In this document: piece after piece, positions 9,712-22,239 of the stretch
Layout of the letters: the number at the start of each line of letters is the position of its first letter
Position numbering within the stretch: the stretch's first letter is position 1
Assembly (NCBI RefSeq): GCF_006345805.1
Contig: NW_021824685.1
Location: 1 to 36,383 of the forward strand
DNA from: Octopus sinensis
Taxonomy: Eukaryota
Direction: 5' to 3'
Length of the DNA stretch: 36,383 bases
The notes under the pieces: generated by a model
What the model was told of the DNA's origin: nothing
The model's database searches: none
The model's input: the letters and a program-made list of their open reading frames with translations, nothing else
Program-made: the position numbers and the translations under genes

Positions 9712-9832
9712 TACTCCACCACCTACACCACCAAACGGTATACACAGGTGCTTATAATTATCAGTACTCACCCCGAATTTCTATATATATATATATATAT
9801 GTATGTAATATATATATATATATATATGTATG

Positions 9833-9864
<32 letters not shown>

Positions 9865-9879
9865 ATGTACGTGTGCATG

Positions 9880-9937
<58 letters not shown>

Positions 9938-10914
9938 TGTATCTAATATGTGGGCTGCGATCTATATTCATACACACGCACACACACACACACACAGATA
10001 TATATGTATAAAAGCAAGCAGACACACAAATGGTCGTCTCGATCATACATAATTATCCCTATACACATCTGCATACAAACGCTGTTTCCCATTCACACCG
10101 AAGAGGAAAGTAACATACCAATTCTAGCTTGACATCTTGCACTCTAGTTTGAGAAGCCACCCTGTTACAATCGAAATAAAAGGTCAACAAAGATGAATCT
10201 GAAGAAAGATAAACATAAATAACAATGTTTAATACATCAAATCCTTTTTCTTGGCATCTTTCATATAATTTTGGCAAAGCAAAAGAGATTCGAGCGCGTA
10301 CGCGTTACAAGCCAGTAGTTTGATTTCCAGTTAAGTAAAACGTTAAACATATTCATAAAAAAAATCTCCTATAATAACAACGTACCTTAAGCAAATAGCA
10401 GCATATATGCACCATGGGTATGATGATGATGATGATATTAATAATATGAAATAAATAACGAAAACTATGAATAGCCTGTGTAACAAGAAAGAAAAGATGC
10501 AAAAATCGATTTAACAGAACTGTCATAACAAAACTGTATCTAGTATGTTGGTTGGCATCTATCTGTTACAGCAAATACAGTTTATGTTTTAAGTTTCGCA
10601 TTAAAACCAGACATATTTATGACACACTAATGTCATAAATAGAGTGTTTCTAGCTTTATTTGTTTCTAACGCTTTGTTCGATTGGCTGTCTTTTCAGTTT
10701 AAGTATATATGTGTGTGTACATACATAGATACACACACAGACACACACACACACACACACTCTCGCTCTCTCTCAAATACACACACATACACACACACAC
10801 ACACATACATATGCGTGTGTGCATGCGCGCACGCGTGTGTATATAAATACACACAAGCACAAACACGAATGTATTTCCATATATTTATACGTAGAGAGCA
10901 ACATATAGATAGAC

Positions 10915-11010
10915 TGACAAACAGACAGACAGACAGATAGATAAATATATAGATATATAGATACATACATACATACATACATAGGTAGATAGATAGATAG
11001 ATAGATAGAG

Positions 11011-11091
<81 letters not shown>

Positions 11092-11149
11092 GATAGATAG
11101 ATAGAAAGATAGATAGATAGATAGATAGAGAAGATAGATAGATAGATAG

Positions 11150-11192
<43 letters not shown>

Positions 11193-11193
11193 G

Positions 11194-11256
<63 letters not shown>

Positions 11257-11339
11257 GATAGATAGATAGATAGGTAAATAGATGATAGAGAGATAGAGAT
11301 AAGATAGATAGATAGATAGATAGATAGAGATAGATAGAT

Positions 11340-11414
<75 letters not shown>

Positions 11415-11415
11415 G
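10915..11415. repeat. Long (GATA)n array with interspersed (TA)n
   Basis: Direct observation; source of the YLSI-repeat ORFs. Confidence 0.95.
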
Positions 11416-11949
11416 AATGGCTAGCTGGCTGGCTGGCTGCATGGATAGGCATTTTTTACGAGTAACGGCTGAATTGAACAGTATAATTCTCCATATGTTT
11501 AGATATGTATCATTAAGTCCTAATCCATCTAAAATTGATTGCAATTCTGGGGAGGGTTAATTACCGAAATCAATAACATTGAATATAAATACAAAAGTTT
11601 AAGATTTTTTTTAATGTTATTATTGATGACATAACATATATTACAGTTACGAAACTTAACTGTTAATCTCTGCAGATCCAAGTCAGTAGCAGGACGATAT
11701 ACATACATACATGCATGCATACATACATTCATATATATATATGTGTGTGTGTGTGTGCATATATATATATGTATATATATGTATGTATATATATATATAC
11801 ACATATATACATATATATACATATATATTTAGATATACATATACATATACATACATATATATATAATTTATATATATACAATTTATATATATATATATAT
11901 AAATACAAAATGGGACAAGAACGCAAAACATTCAAATAGACGATGCAAA

Positions 11950-12246
11950 AAACGGACAGGTCATTTGAAGCCTCTAATCTTCAGTCAAGAACCGGATCAT
12001 CCTCGCAATTTCGGCTGATTAATCTTGAGATTGCTCCGATCAGGCCATCCCCAAGGAAAAACTAAGCTTCGAGCATTAGATTTATTGGGAAAAGGATCGA
12101 ATATATACGAAACAAGGACAGAAAAACGCACGATGTTACACGAATATAAATACAAAATCAAAAAATAATACGAATATAAATACAAAAAAACAATAATAAT
12201 AATAATAATAATAACAGGACAAAACAACAGGTGTCTGTCGACTTTA
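11950..12246. repeat. Unclassified interspersed repeat, copy 1
   Basis: Shares GGTCATT.GAAGCCT.TAATCTTCAG..CCGGATCATC..CCCCAAGGAAAAACTAAG..GAGCATTAGATT..CAGGTGTCT..CGACTTTA with 17320-17604. Confidence 0.75.
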
Positions 12247-12257
12247 TATATATATTC

Positions 12258-12321
<64 letters not shown>

Positions 12322-12350
12322 GTATATATATATACATATATATAATATAA

Positions 12351-12386
<36 letters not shown>

Positions 12387-12639
12387 GAAATTAAAGGAGG
12401 AAATACATACACTTTACATAGTTTTAGTATAATTTTTAATATCACTTATATTGTGTTTGTCCACTCACACACATATACATATATATATGACGTATTTATT
12501 CCTCCTTTAATTGTAGGGAGTTTATTCTTCTTCGGTCATTTGCGTCTGACCGGTTGTCTGTACGGCTAAGTGCATTTCAAGTGAGAAACTAATGGTCAGT
12601 CTCTGACCAACCATAATAAGTAACTTTATATATATATAC

Positions 12640-12677
<38 letters not shown>

Positions 12678-12703
12678 AAATAACAATAGATGGATAGTAG
12701 TCC

Positions 12704-12793
12704 ATTCACTAAAGCTGTTTCAGAGATTTTTGTTTTTTATTTAAGAATATAATTATTACATCGTAGGTAAAAATCTGTTTTCATCAGGTGAAT
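12704..12793 (-). ncRNA. Type I hammerhead-like motif (third family), one stem III mutation
   Basis: Minus strand: ATTCAC CTGATGA aaacAGATTTTT...AAAAATCTct GAAAC AGCT TT A GTGAAT. 6-bp stem I, 8-bp helix in stem II, and stem III one base away from the palindrome ACAGCTGT. Confidence 0.6.
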
Positions 12794-12944
12794 ATATGCT
12801 GGAATTAAATATTAAGCAACAATATTTAAACCCAAGTATATGGCATTTCATGAGTCTCTGGCGAACTTCATTCAGAGTCATGAAATGTCGCACACATGGA
12901 TTTTTGAAATGTTTATTTTTAAATGTTTAATTCATGAATATATC

Positions 12945-13023
12945 CACCTAATGAAACGCTTCTTTCTCTCATGATGTAATAATTCTATTCATCAATGAAA
13001 ACACGTTTGAAACAGCTGTAGTG
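12945..13023 (+). ncRNA. Diverged inverted homolog of the 12704-12793 hammerhead-like motif
   Basis: CAC CTAATGA aacg...cgttt GAAAC AGCT GT A GTG. It shares the internal GATGTAATAATT.TATTC with the minus copy. The core carries a G5-to-A change. Confidence 0.5.
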
Positions 13024-13374
13024 TGTGAACCACTTTCCAGCTGTTGTTATTCGGTTATTATTAATGTTACTCGGAACCAGCATTTAACGTGGATGTGGAG
13101 TCTATTGACTACAGCACATTTAGAGCGATGCAATGAGGCTGAGGCCAGAAACGCGTGTTTGGGAGGCAAACTTCTTACACCACAGTCATGCTGCCTTGAG
13201 ACTCATGGAATATTTAGTTGGTAATTTATGATTGTACGTACAACTAGAATATATATCCTTATTTACTTCGGTACGTACGTATATGTTCCACTAACATTGT
13301 TTGGTAAGCGATAGTGACTTCTCTAGCCCGACCTTTGTGCTTCAATATTTAAGGACCTGATTCACTTGAATTCT

Positions 13375-13532
13375 TAGGAGTGGATGTGTGGTAAGTAGCT
13401 TGCTTACCAACCACATGGTTCCGGGTTCAGTCCCACTGTGTGGCACCTTGGGTAAATGTCTTCTACTATAGCCTCGGGCCGACCAAAGCCTTGTGAATGG
13501 ATTTGGTAGACGGAAACTGAAAGAAGCCTGTC

Positions 13533-13576
<44 letters not shown>

Positions 13577-13796
13577 GTGCGTGTCTGTATGTGTTTGTGT
13601 GTTTGCATTTGTCCCCCCAACATCGCTTGACAACCGATGATGGTGTGTTTACGTCCATGTAACTTAGCGGTTCGGCAAAAGAGACCGATAGAATAAGAAC
13701 TAGGGTTACAAAGAATAACTCCTGGGGTCGATTTGCTCGACTAAAGGCGGTGCTCCAGCATGGCCACAGTCACATGACTGAAACAAGTAAAAGAGT
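13375..13796 (+). mobile_element. tRNA-derived CORE-like SINE with an internal (TA)/(TG) microsatellite
   Basis: Head TGTGGTAAG..GGGTTCAGTCCC, CORE-like GGCACCTTGGGTAAATGTCTT, internal microsatellite at ~13533-13600, and tail GGCGGTGCTCCAGCATGGCC..GAAACAAGTAAAAGAG. A homologous copy lies at 31740-32087. Confidence 0.85.
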
Positions 13797-14119
13797 AGAG
13801 AGTAAAGGGTATGTAGATACAGTAATCCTTCGACTATCACGGTTCTTACATTCCAAAACCCCACGCAATAGGTGTAAATCCGCGAAGTAGAAACAATACT
13901 GTACTGCATTTATATTATTATTATTATTATTTTTATAATTTATATATATTTTATCATAAATGCAAAACAACACCACGGAGGAATCGACGTAAGCTTTAAT
14001 AATAAACCACGATAGGCGAACCGCGATAGGTGAACCGCGATGTGTATGGATTTATGTATGAAGTAATAATTATCAGTGACTATGAAATGATTTGTTAATT
14101 GTCATATTACACTGGAAAG

Positions 14120-14432
14120 TAGAGGCACATGGCCTAGTGGTTAGAGCAGCGAACTCGCGGTCGAGGGATCGCGGGCTCGAACCTCAGACCGGGCGATGTG
14201 TGTGTTCATGAGCGAAACATCTAAGCTCCACGCGGTTCCGGCAGAAGGTAATGGCGAAACTTCTGCTGACTCTTTCGCCACAACTTTCTCTCACTCTTTC
14301 CTCCTGCATCTTGCAGCTCACCTGCGACGGACCGGCGTCGCGTCCAGGTGGGGAACCTATACGCCAAGAAACCGGGAAAGCGGCCCTTATGAGCCAGGCA
14401 TGGCTCGAGAAGGAACAAACAACAAAACAAAA
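14120..14432 (+). mobile_element. tRNA-Arg-like SINE, tail type C
   Basis: Same head and body as types A and B. Tail CTGCGACGGACCGGCGTC..GGCTCGAGAAGGAAC(AAAC)n. 16-bp TSD ATATTACACTGGAAAG at 14104-14119 and 14433-14448. Confidence 0.9.
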
Positions 14433-14894
14433 ATATTACACTGGAAAGGGAATTCCCTGCTTAGTTTAATAGAATTTATCTCCAAAGCGGCTTGTTGCTG
14501 CTGAGTATTGTTGCAGCTTCCGTGATAAAAGCAGTAACCATTTTACGTTCAAGTGAAAGAACCTAAGCACCGGAGCGAGTCTGAGGATTTCATGTGATGT
14601 CGGTCACCATCTGTTCCGAGTTAGTTCTCTGTAGAAGATTAGGATAATAATGAAGTAAAAACAATAAGACGGTTTTGAAGGTAATGGTTAGGAACGTCAT
14701 GCAAAACCAGGTTTTGTGTCTGCATCATTGAGGAAGTTGTTAAGCATGAGATCAATGAGAAACTTATCGAGATTTATTATAGGAGAAGCTTGAGTTTTGC
14801 AGAGCCCAACGCGTGAGGTCCATCGTTATACACACGCAGACAAGATACGCACGTTCATTAATATGCGCGTGTGTGAGCCCTGTTTTTATATATA

Positions 14895-15122
14895 TATTTC
14901 TTTACTACCCACAAGGGGCTAAACACAGAGAGGACAAACAAAGACAGACAAAGGGATTAAGTCGATTATATCGACCCCAGTGCGTAACTGGTACTTATTT
15001 TATCGACCCCGAAAGGATGAAAGGCAAAGTCGACCTCGGAGAAATTTGAACTCAGAACGTAGCGGCGGACGAAATACTGCTAAGCATTTCGCCCGGCGTG
15101 CTAACGTTTCTGCCAGCTCGCC
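14895..15122 (-). mobile_element. Meta-like SINE monomer
   Basis: Reverse complement of the head, body and tail seen at 32312-32540; the 3' end abuts (TA)n. Confidence 0.9.
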
Positions 15123-15519
15123 ATATTATGTGGGAAATTGACAGAAAGAATATCATGAAATTGTCCTGTGGATTAGCGTATCTAAGAATCTGACAGCCAG
15201 AATCTTTTCAACAAACAAGGAAGAAAGCAGAGTTCTTTTAACAAATCTGGCCAATGTTAAAGCCAAGACAACAATGAGTTTCGTACCTAGACAAGTAATA
15301 CGAGAATCTGTGTGAGAAGGGGTGACGGAAAGAGAAAGAAAGAAAGAAAGGAAGTGAAGTGGATGAGGGTAAGGTTGAGACAAAAATAAAGAGAAAAGGG
15401 AGATGAAGGCTAAGATTATGATTACTGAACTAAAAGCAGGATTAGGATAAGGAGGGGAAAAGTTCAGTTCAGCCCGTTTGTGACGTTGTCCAAAATTTGT
15501 TTATGAAACATTGTTCTTT

Positions 15520-15950
15520 CCATTTCTATGGTGAGCAGAGATGCCACACTCTGATGAATGGTTAATGGAATGGCTATTTGTGTTGAAGTGCACAGTGACA
15601 GGTTTACTGTCATACGTAATAGTATGGTTCAAATGGACTCTCCACAGCGTTTGGCATGGCGTCGGTTTGTATTCCACAATAAAATGTGTGCCGCAAAGTT
15701 TGCAGAAGATGCAAGAATTAGTGCTGGAATGTGTTCAGCAGACCATTTAGGTAGCGTGATGCTGTGACTAAGACCTTGTAATGTCACTGGTGGGTTCCGT
15801 GTAGCATCGTTGACGAGCGCACTTCAAAATGTCTGGGGGTGTATATGGCTGGCGGTAATGGAACGTTTAAATAGGAGACTGCCTGAGTTTCTATATGTTT
15901 TGATGGTGAGGAGAGATGGTGAGGGAAAATAGTAGAAGTTGGGAGGTACG
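15520..15950 (-). mobile_element. Possible decayed apurinic-endonuclease domain of an I/Nimb-like LINE
   Basis: Broken minus frames give ETQAV..., ANFAAHILLW (cf. GDFNAHxxLW) and YDSKPVTVHFNTNSHSINHS (cf. NDGSPT..H...S.S.IDLS). Weak and frameshifted. Confidence 0.3.
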
Positions 15951-16018
15951 GGGTATAGGATTCGGACGTTGCATTTGAGTTTAATGGCAGGACTGTCGTG
16001 TGAATGGTCGGAGAGAGA

Positions 16019-16061
<43 letters not shown>

Positions 16062-16462
16062 GGGAATTTCGTCTGTAGGTATGTGTAAAAAAGGTAGAGG
16101 GTGTGGTCACCGACCTACCACCGTCGCAGCAAGAAGTCCACGACTGGAGGGGAGGGTGCAGTCAGTTCAAGTAAAAACTACATTGCCTTTCATTTTTTTT
16201 TTACGCTTTTGGTTCGTTATTTCATTATCATGTCAGGTTCGATTTTATTCCGTTTCGACCATTACATTCTTTTTGTTTATTTTCAATAAACTAAAAGAAT
16301 TTATTAGCAAACAAATTAGGTTTTCCAACTTTGGAAGCACAAAACTATTCATTCTTATTTTAGTTATTTATTTATTTATTTTTAGGAAGTGGGGAGAGAG
16401 ATTCTACATAGATGTAAAGATGATATAAAAAGTGTCATGCATGTGAATGGTAACATTCTATC

Positions 16463-16861
16463 TTTTTTTTTTTTTTTAAAGCACTCCGTCGGTTACGACG
16501 ATGAGGGTTCCGGTTGATCCGAATCAACGGAACAGCCTGCTCGTGAAATTAACGTGTAAGTGGCTGAGCACTCCACAGACACGTGCACCCTTAACGTAGT
16601 TCTCGGGGATATTCAGCGTGACACAGAGAGTGACAAGGCCGGCCCCTTGAAATACAGGTACAACAGAAACAGGAAGTAAGAGTGAGAGAAAGTTGTGGTG
16701 AAAGAGTACAGCAGGGATCACCACCATCCCCTGCCGGAACCTCGTGGAGCTTTTAGGTGTTTTCGCTCAATAAACACTCACTACGCCCGGTCTGGGAATC
16801 GAATCCGTGATCCTATGACCGCGAGTCCGCTGCCCTAACCACTGGGCCATTGCGCCTCTAC
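16463..16861 (-). mobile_element. Full-length tRNA-Arg-like SINE, tail type A, with poly(A)
   Basis: Complete reverse complement of the family. 15-nt T run at 16463-16477. 12-bp TSD TAACATTCTATC at 16451-16462 and 16862-16873. Confidence 0.95.
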
Positions 16862-17319
16862 TAACATTCTATCAATCCCCTGAAGAAGGATGAAAGGCAA
16901 CAAAAAAAAAAAAAAACCTCAAAGAGATTCAGCCTTTGAAAGCTGAGACATTAAACACTTTATACAAAAATGAGCAAATAAATCTCAAACTGGACAGTGA
17001 CAGATTTTTGAACAACAGACACAGGTATATCAAATACCATACGACAAATATCTTGATTCGTTAAAATTTGTCAATTTCTAAAATAATCTATTATAATTAC
17101 CAAACAGTAATTGAGATCAGCCCCACTTGTAAAGGGACAAATGTTGTAAAAAACAGGCTTATTGTCTGGAGATAAGAGAACAGTTGTGGACATGTGTGTT
17201 TCGATTTCATTAATGATGTAAAGTTTGACACGATTGTTTTTTTCTGTGGATATACATATTAACAAGGAATAAAATTATATATAAAGAAACAAGAATGTGA
17301 GATACATAAAGGGACGAAC

Positions 17320-17604
17320 ACAGAAAACAGACGGGTCATTCGAAGCCTTTAATCTTCAGTCAGAAACCGGATCATCATAGCAAATTTCGGCTGCTTAATT
17401 CTGATATTTGCTCCAACGCGGCCAGCCCCAAGGAAAAACTAAGTTGTGAGCATTAGATTTCTTGGAAAAAGGAACGAATGTAAACGCAACAAGGACAGAA
17501 AAACGGACGAAGCCACACGAATATAAATACAAAAAACGAAAACAAAATTAAAATAAAAACAAGAATGGTAATAACAGGATAACAGCAGGTGTCTTACGAC
17601 TTTA
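17320..17604. repeat. Unclassified interspersed repeat, copy 2
   Basis: Homologous to 11950-12246 in the same orientation. Confidence 0.75.
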
Positions 17605-18098
17605 GACAAATTGAGACAAATATAACTTATCTAGCAGGCGTGTTTGGAAAAAATTGCCTTTTCGGCAGAGGGGGAACGATGTTGAGGGGGCTGCGGTCAC
17701 CAACATGGAATTATCTGTATAAACTCCATAAGGGTTTCTCCCTGCTATCATCAAATGCTGTTTGTTCATGTGTTATTAGTGTTTGTGATGCCTAAAAATC
17801 ATTTATAAAATCTTTCTCGTTTCAACATATAATTTCCTAAGCCTTCTAATTTATAGTGGCTCCAAGATTTATGCCAGATTCCATTACATTTCCGGTGATT
17901 TTATGCTATTGTACATTTAACTGCTTTAGAATTTCCACCAGATTTTAAGACTGGGATCAACCGTTTCTCTGGAACACTTATTTACACATTTCTTCTCTAA
18001 ATTAAGCACATTTTTATATCAAGTCATCACGCACGCAAAGACGTTGATTAGAATAAATATTTTCTGTTATCTACTGTTATCTATCTATCTATCTATCT

Positions 18099-19098
18099 CC
18101 CGACCCTACCATCACCAAACTAGAACGCATTCTCTTCCGCTTCTTGTGGAAAGGATGCGTCCCGATGGTCAGGCGATCCATTTGCTGTCAACACCCGTTA
18201 AAAGGAGGGCTGGGTATGCCATGGTTGATGATGCGCAGACATGCGCTGAGACTGCGACATCTCCGGCTCTATGTTGACGACGGTGAACAGGTGTGGTCGT
18301 CGTTTGTGAGGCACGCGTTCCTGCAGCTCGTCTCCATGACCGAACTGCAGTCGTGGATCAAAAAGAGGCCGAGGAAGGGCGAATGGCACCGCGAGTGTCG
18401 CGTTGCTCTCAAGCAACTCTGCTGTCCCGGGTCGACCTGGAGTGACTTCAACACAACCAAAGCATTCTATAGGGGATTAGTGGAGGGGAGGTACGACGAC
18501 GATCTTGGGGCAAACTTGGGCGTCGACGAGGAATACCTGACACGCCTGTTTGAAACGACTTTCGAGCCGGGAACTATGGACAACTTCCAGAGATCCCTGG
18601 CCTGGCGGTGCTACCGAAAAGCGCTACCCGTTCGGGATAAGCTCTATAGGTATGGCTCAAGAAACACGGGGCCGGCCTGCCCGAGATGCGGGCAGAGCGA
18701 CGAAACCGCTCTGCATGCAATCGTGCAGTGTCCAACAATTTCCGACCTGTGGGCTTATGTCGAACAACTGCTGTCACGTGTGGGACGAGTCGGTTTATTA
18801 GCCGAGTCTATCGTCAATATTGTCACGCCTCCTTCCTTCAAACGGGAAGGAAGAGCTATTTTCATCATCCTTGTGGCTATGGCGAAAGAATGTATATGGT
18901 GGACGCGTCTGAAAGGTTTGGAGACAAACACTTTCCTCTCTGGTCAACCTCTCATCAACTTCTTCAAGTATAACTTGAAAAAGGAAAGTGAGAGTAGAGA
19001 GGCAAGTTTTGTCTAGTGAATGTTTTAAAAAAAGATGGGTGAATGTAGCAAGGATGGCACGTATGAATTTCGAAGCGACCTTGAGCATAATCCTATGA
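18099..19098 (+). mobile_element. 5'-truncated L1/Tx1-clade LINE, ORF2 C-terminal part
   Basis: The open frame from 18099 gives LERILFRFLWKG...GGLGMP...LAWRCYRKALPVRDKL...CPRCGQSDETALHAIVQC (zf-RVT-type CCHC). One frameshift near 18980 continues as KRKVRVERQVL...RWVNVARM...IIL* with the stop at 19096-19098. Confidence 0.85.
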
Positions 19099-19639
19099 AC
19101 CCGGAAATTGAAAACATAGGGTTACCCACTTGGAAACAAATGTGGTAACATGTAACAATATTGACCGAGGTTTAGAAAACTGTGGTAAATCTTAGGTTCG
19201 ATTCCTTCGACAAAAATCCTTGAAGGCGTTGCCCCAGCATGGCTCTTGTCTATAATGTATCTGGATCCTCATTCAAATGTGAAGTAAATATACGTTTCTC
19301 CATCAATCATGCCTGTATTGACTTACAGAGACAACAAGGTTGGCGCAATGATTTCTTATTCGACAGAAAAATGGCGTCATTTTTGTTTTAAATAAGGCTT
19401 TTATGTAACGTGATCGGACTGCGATGTAAAATCAAGTACGATATATCTATATCACAAAACTGATGGTAATATGCTGTGGTTTCGAAATCAAACAATAAAA
19501 ATTAATTTCAGACAAGGAAATTAGAAATTTTTCTCTTTCGTTGAGCCCTATTTTATTGCAGAATTCTTTTAAGAAATATCGTTACATCTAAGAATTATGC
19601 ATTCCATAAATGAACTCACACACGCAACAAACACAAACG

Positions 19640-19731
19640 CATATTTAAACATATACATACATACATACATACATACATACATACACATACATATACATAC
19701 ATATATATATACGTATACACATATATACATA

Positions 19732-19768
<37 letters not shown>

Positions 19769-19937
19769 AGAGACACAGGGAGAGAGAGAGAGCGAGAGAG
19801 ACATAAATAGATAGATAGGTAGATATAGACATATTTTATATACATATATGTATATGAATGTGTGTATATATATATATATATATTATATATATATATATAT
19901 ATGCATATATATATATACGTTTATGTAGATATGTATG

Positions 19938-19994
<57 letters not shown>

Positions 19995-20040
19995 GTACAT
20001 ACATACATACACACACACACACACATATATATATATATTC
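19640..20040. repeat. Compound (TACA)n/(TA)n/(GA)n microsatellite field
   Basis: Direct observation. Confidence 0.9.
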
Positions 20041-20279
20041 TACTCTTATGAAAACATTGTTGTTTGAAGCGTTATGTGCTTGCAATCATTGATCGTAAAA
20101 CACTTTGTTCTTTGAAGAAAGAACAACAGGTTTTATATTAGAAATTCCTTTTCTTGTTTATTTTTCATTTGTGTTGTCAAAGTAGAGTAACGTAATTCTT
20201 TATAGTTTTCCGCCGAGAGAATTTTTAAAGAATAGATCTAACATCAAAGTGTTAAAAATGTGAGCTAATTGTGAGTGTG

Positions 20280-20310
<31 letters not shown>

Positions 20311-20535
20311 ACTTATTTATGACTATTTGCATCGTACCGTACTTGCGAATAAACATACATAAGCGAATGTATATTGGTATGTATGCGTGCAAATGTTAAC
20401 ACACCCACGTCCATGGCAATACAGCCATCCGTTTCTCTCACTCTCTAATGTTACGTCTATTTCTCTATCGATCTATGTATCTGTGTGTGTAGTTGAGTGT
20501 GTGCGCGCGTGTGTATATTTATGTATATATGCACA

Positions 20536-20750
20536 AGAGAGCTCTGCCACCTCCCACTATCAGAGCAGTGTTGCAGGAGCACAAAGAACACGCGAAACCC
20601 TTACCTCTACTCCTAACAGATCACCAGTACCTGATCGAAAGCAAAGCACTACCGAGCGCACACCGGACTGATTTGTCAGAACCGGACACACCACGCCCCG
20701 TCTTCTCTCAGGTAAAGTCCTTGATCATCGTCGACAGAGACGGACGAGCT
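20536..20750 (+). mobile_element. RTE-clade LINE 3' terminus relic
   Basis: RAHTGLICQNRTH (cf. RARIGLxSHLRTH) at ~20652-20690, followed by an RTE-like end GATCATCGTCGACAGAGACGGACGAGC. Confidence 0.55.
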
Positions 20751-21297
20751 AATTTATAAATTCATGCATACATATACAAAATATTATTTATGTATATATT
20801 AATACACACACACATGCGTATTATTCATGTGTGTGCTCATTTACTTAATTGTACATATGTTAATTGCTCCATCTTAATTGATGCCGTGTATTGCATTTCT
20901 GACATTCTATCCATGACCTCTTAGGTAACAAAATGAAGCTGTAACATATTGTGTGTTTCCAGCTGCTTTGGTTTGCGCATGCCACCTTCTTTTATCGCCA
21001 TAGAACTTTCAGTCGATGAAACGTAAATTGAGATCCCCATAATGAGAAAACTGAACGCCAGTGAAATATATCGTATTACACGACTGCCACTCTCTGAGAC
21101 ACAGTATTTAGTACTGAGCAACGAAGGCCGAAGAGACATGACTAGGAATCCCGTGAATCTACAGTTTTTCCTCAGAGTGTCCCTCTCTTAGACGGATGTT
21201 GCGTCCACAGTTAGTGTTCCCTCATTCCTGGTGATTTTACTACGCAACCTGACACAGACCAAGGGTATTTCTGCCTCCACGCATTCAAATCTAATAC

Positions 21298-21721
21298 TTA
21301 TTTCTTTACTACCTACAATGGGCTAAACACAGAGAGGACAAACAAGGACAGACAAACGGCTTAAGTCGATTATATAGAGCCCAGTGCGTAACTGGTACTT
21401 ATTTAATCGACCCCGAAAGGACGAAAGGCAAAGTCGACCTCGACGGAATTTGAACTCAGAAGATAAAGACAGACGAAATACCTATTTCTTTACTACCCAC
21501 AAGGGGCTAAACACAGAGAGGACAAACAAGGACAGACAAAGGGATTAAGTCGATTATATCGACTCCAGTGCGTAACTGGTACTTATTTAATCGACCCCGA
21601 AAGGATGAAAGGTAAAGTCGACCTCGGCGGAATTTGAACTCAGAACCTATTGGCAGACGAAATATCGCTTAGCATTTCGCCCGGCGTGCTAACGTCTCTG
21701 CCAGCTCGCGGCCTTACGCGC
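21298..21721 (-). mobile_element. Meta-like SINE dimer (one head plus two bodies)
   Basis: 184-bp period, junction at 21481/21482, flanked by the 13-bp direct repeat TCAAATCTAATAC at 21285-21297 and 21722-21734. Confidence 0.9.
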
Positions 21722-22239
21722 TCAAATCTAATACCATCACATATGCGAGTTAAGTTATAGCTGAGACCCTGATATGAGGCGTTTCCGTTAAACCCTGTAA
21801 AGCCCCAACATGATGCATTTTATTGTTGTATTGATTGTACATACACCACTGTGTATACATGCATATATACATATACCGATCCGCATGGACATATGCAGTG
21901 TTTTGAATATTCGCATACACATACGGACACATACGCACGCATATATATATATAGGTGTATGTGTGTGCATGTATGTGTGTGTGTGTGTGTGGTGTGTGTG
22001 TGTGTATAAACCTATGTGGTAGCGATACAACCATGCCAAATTTAGCGACTTATAAATATGATGTAAAAGATGTCTTAAAAAAGCTTAGCTCAGAGTTACG
22101 AAGAAATCAGCTGCGACTTCGCAGGGTATAACCACTCCTGAAAATGCAGAAAGAGAGAGTGGCAAAGAGAAAGAACTGTCTAATGAAACATCATTTTTCA
22201 GGTCATAGCTATTTTCAGGTGACACCAGACGAAATATTC

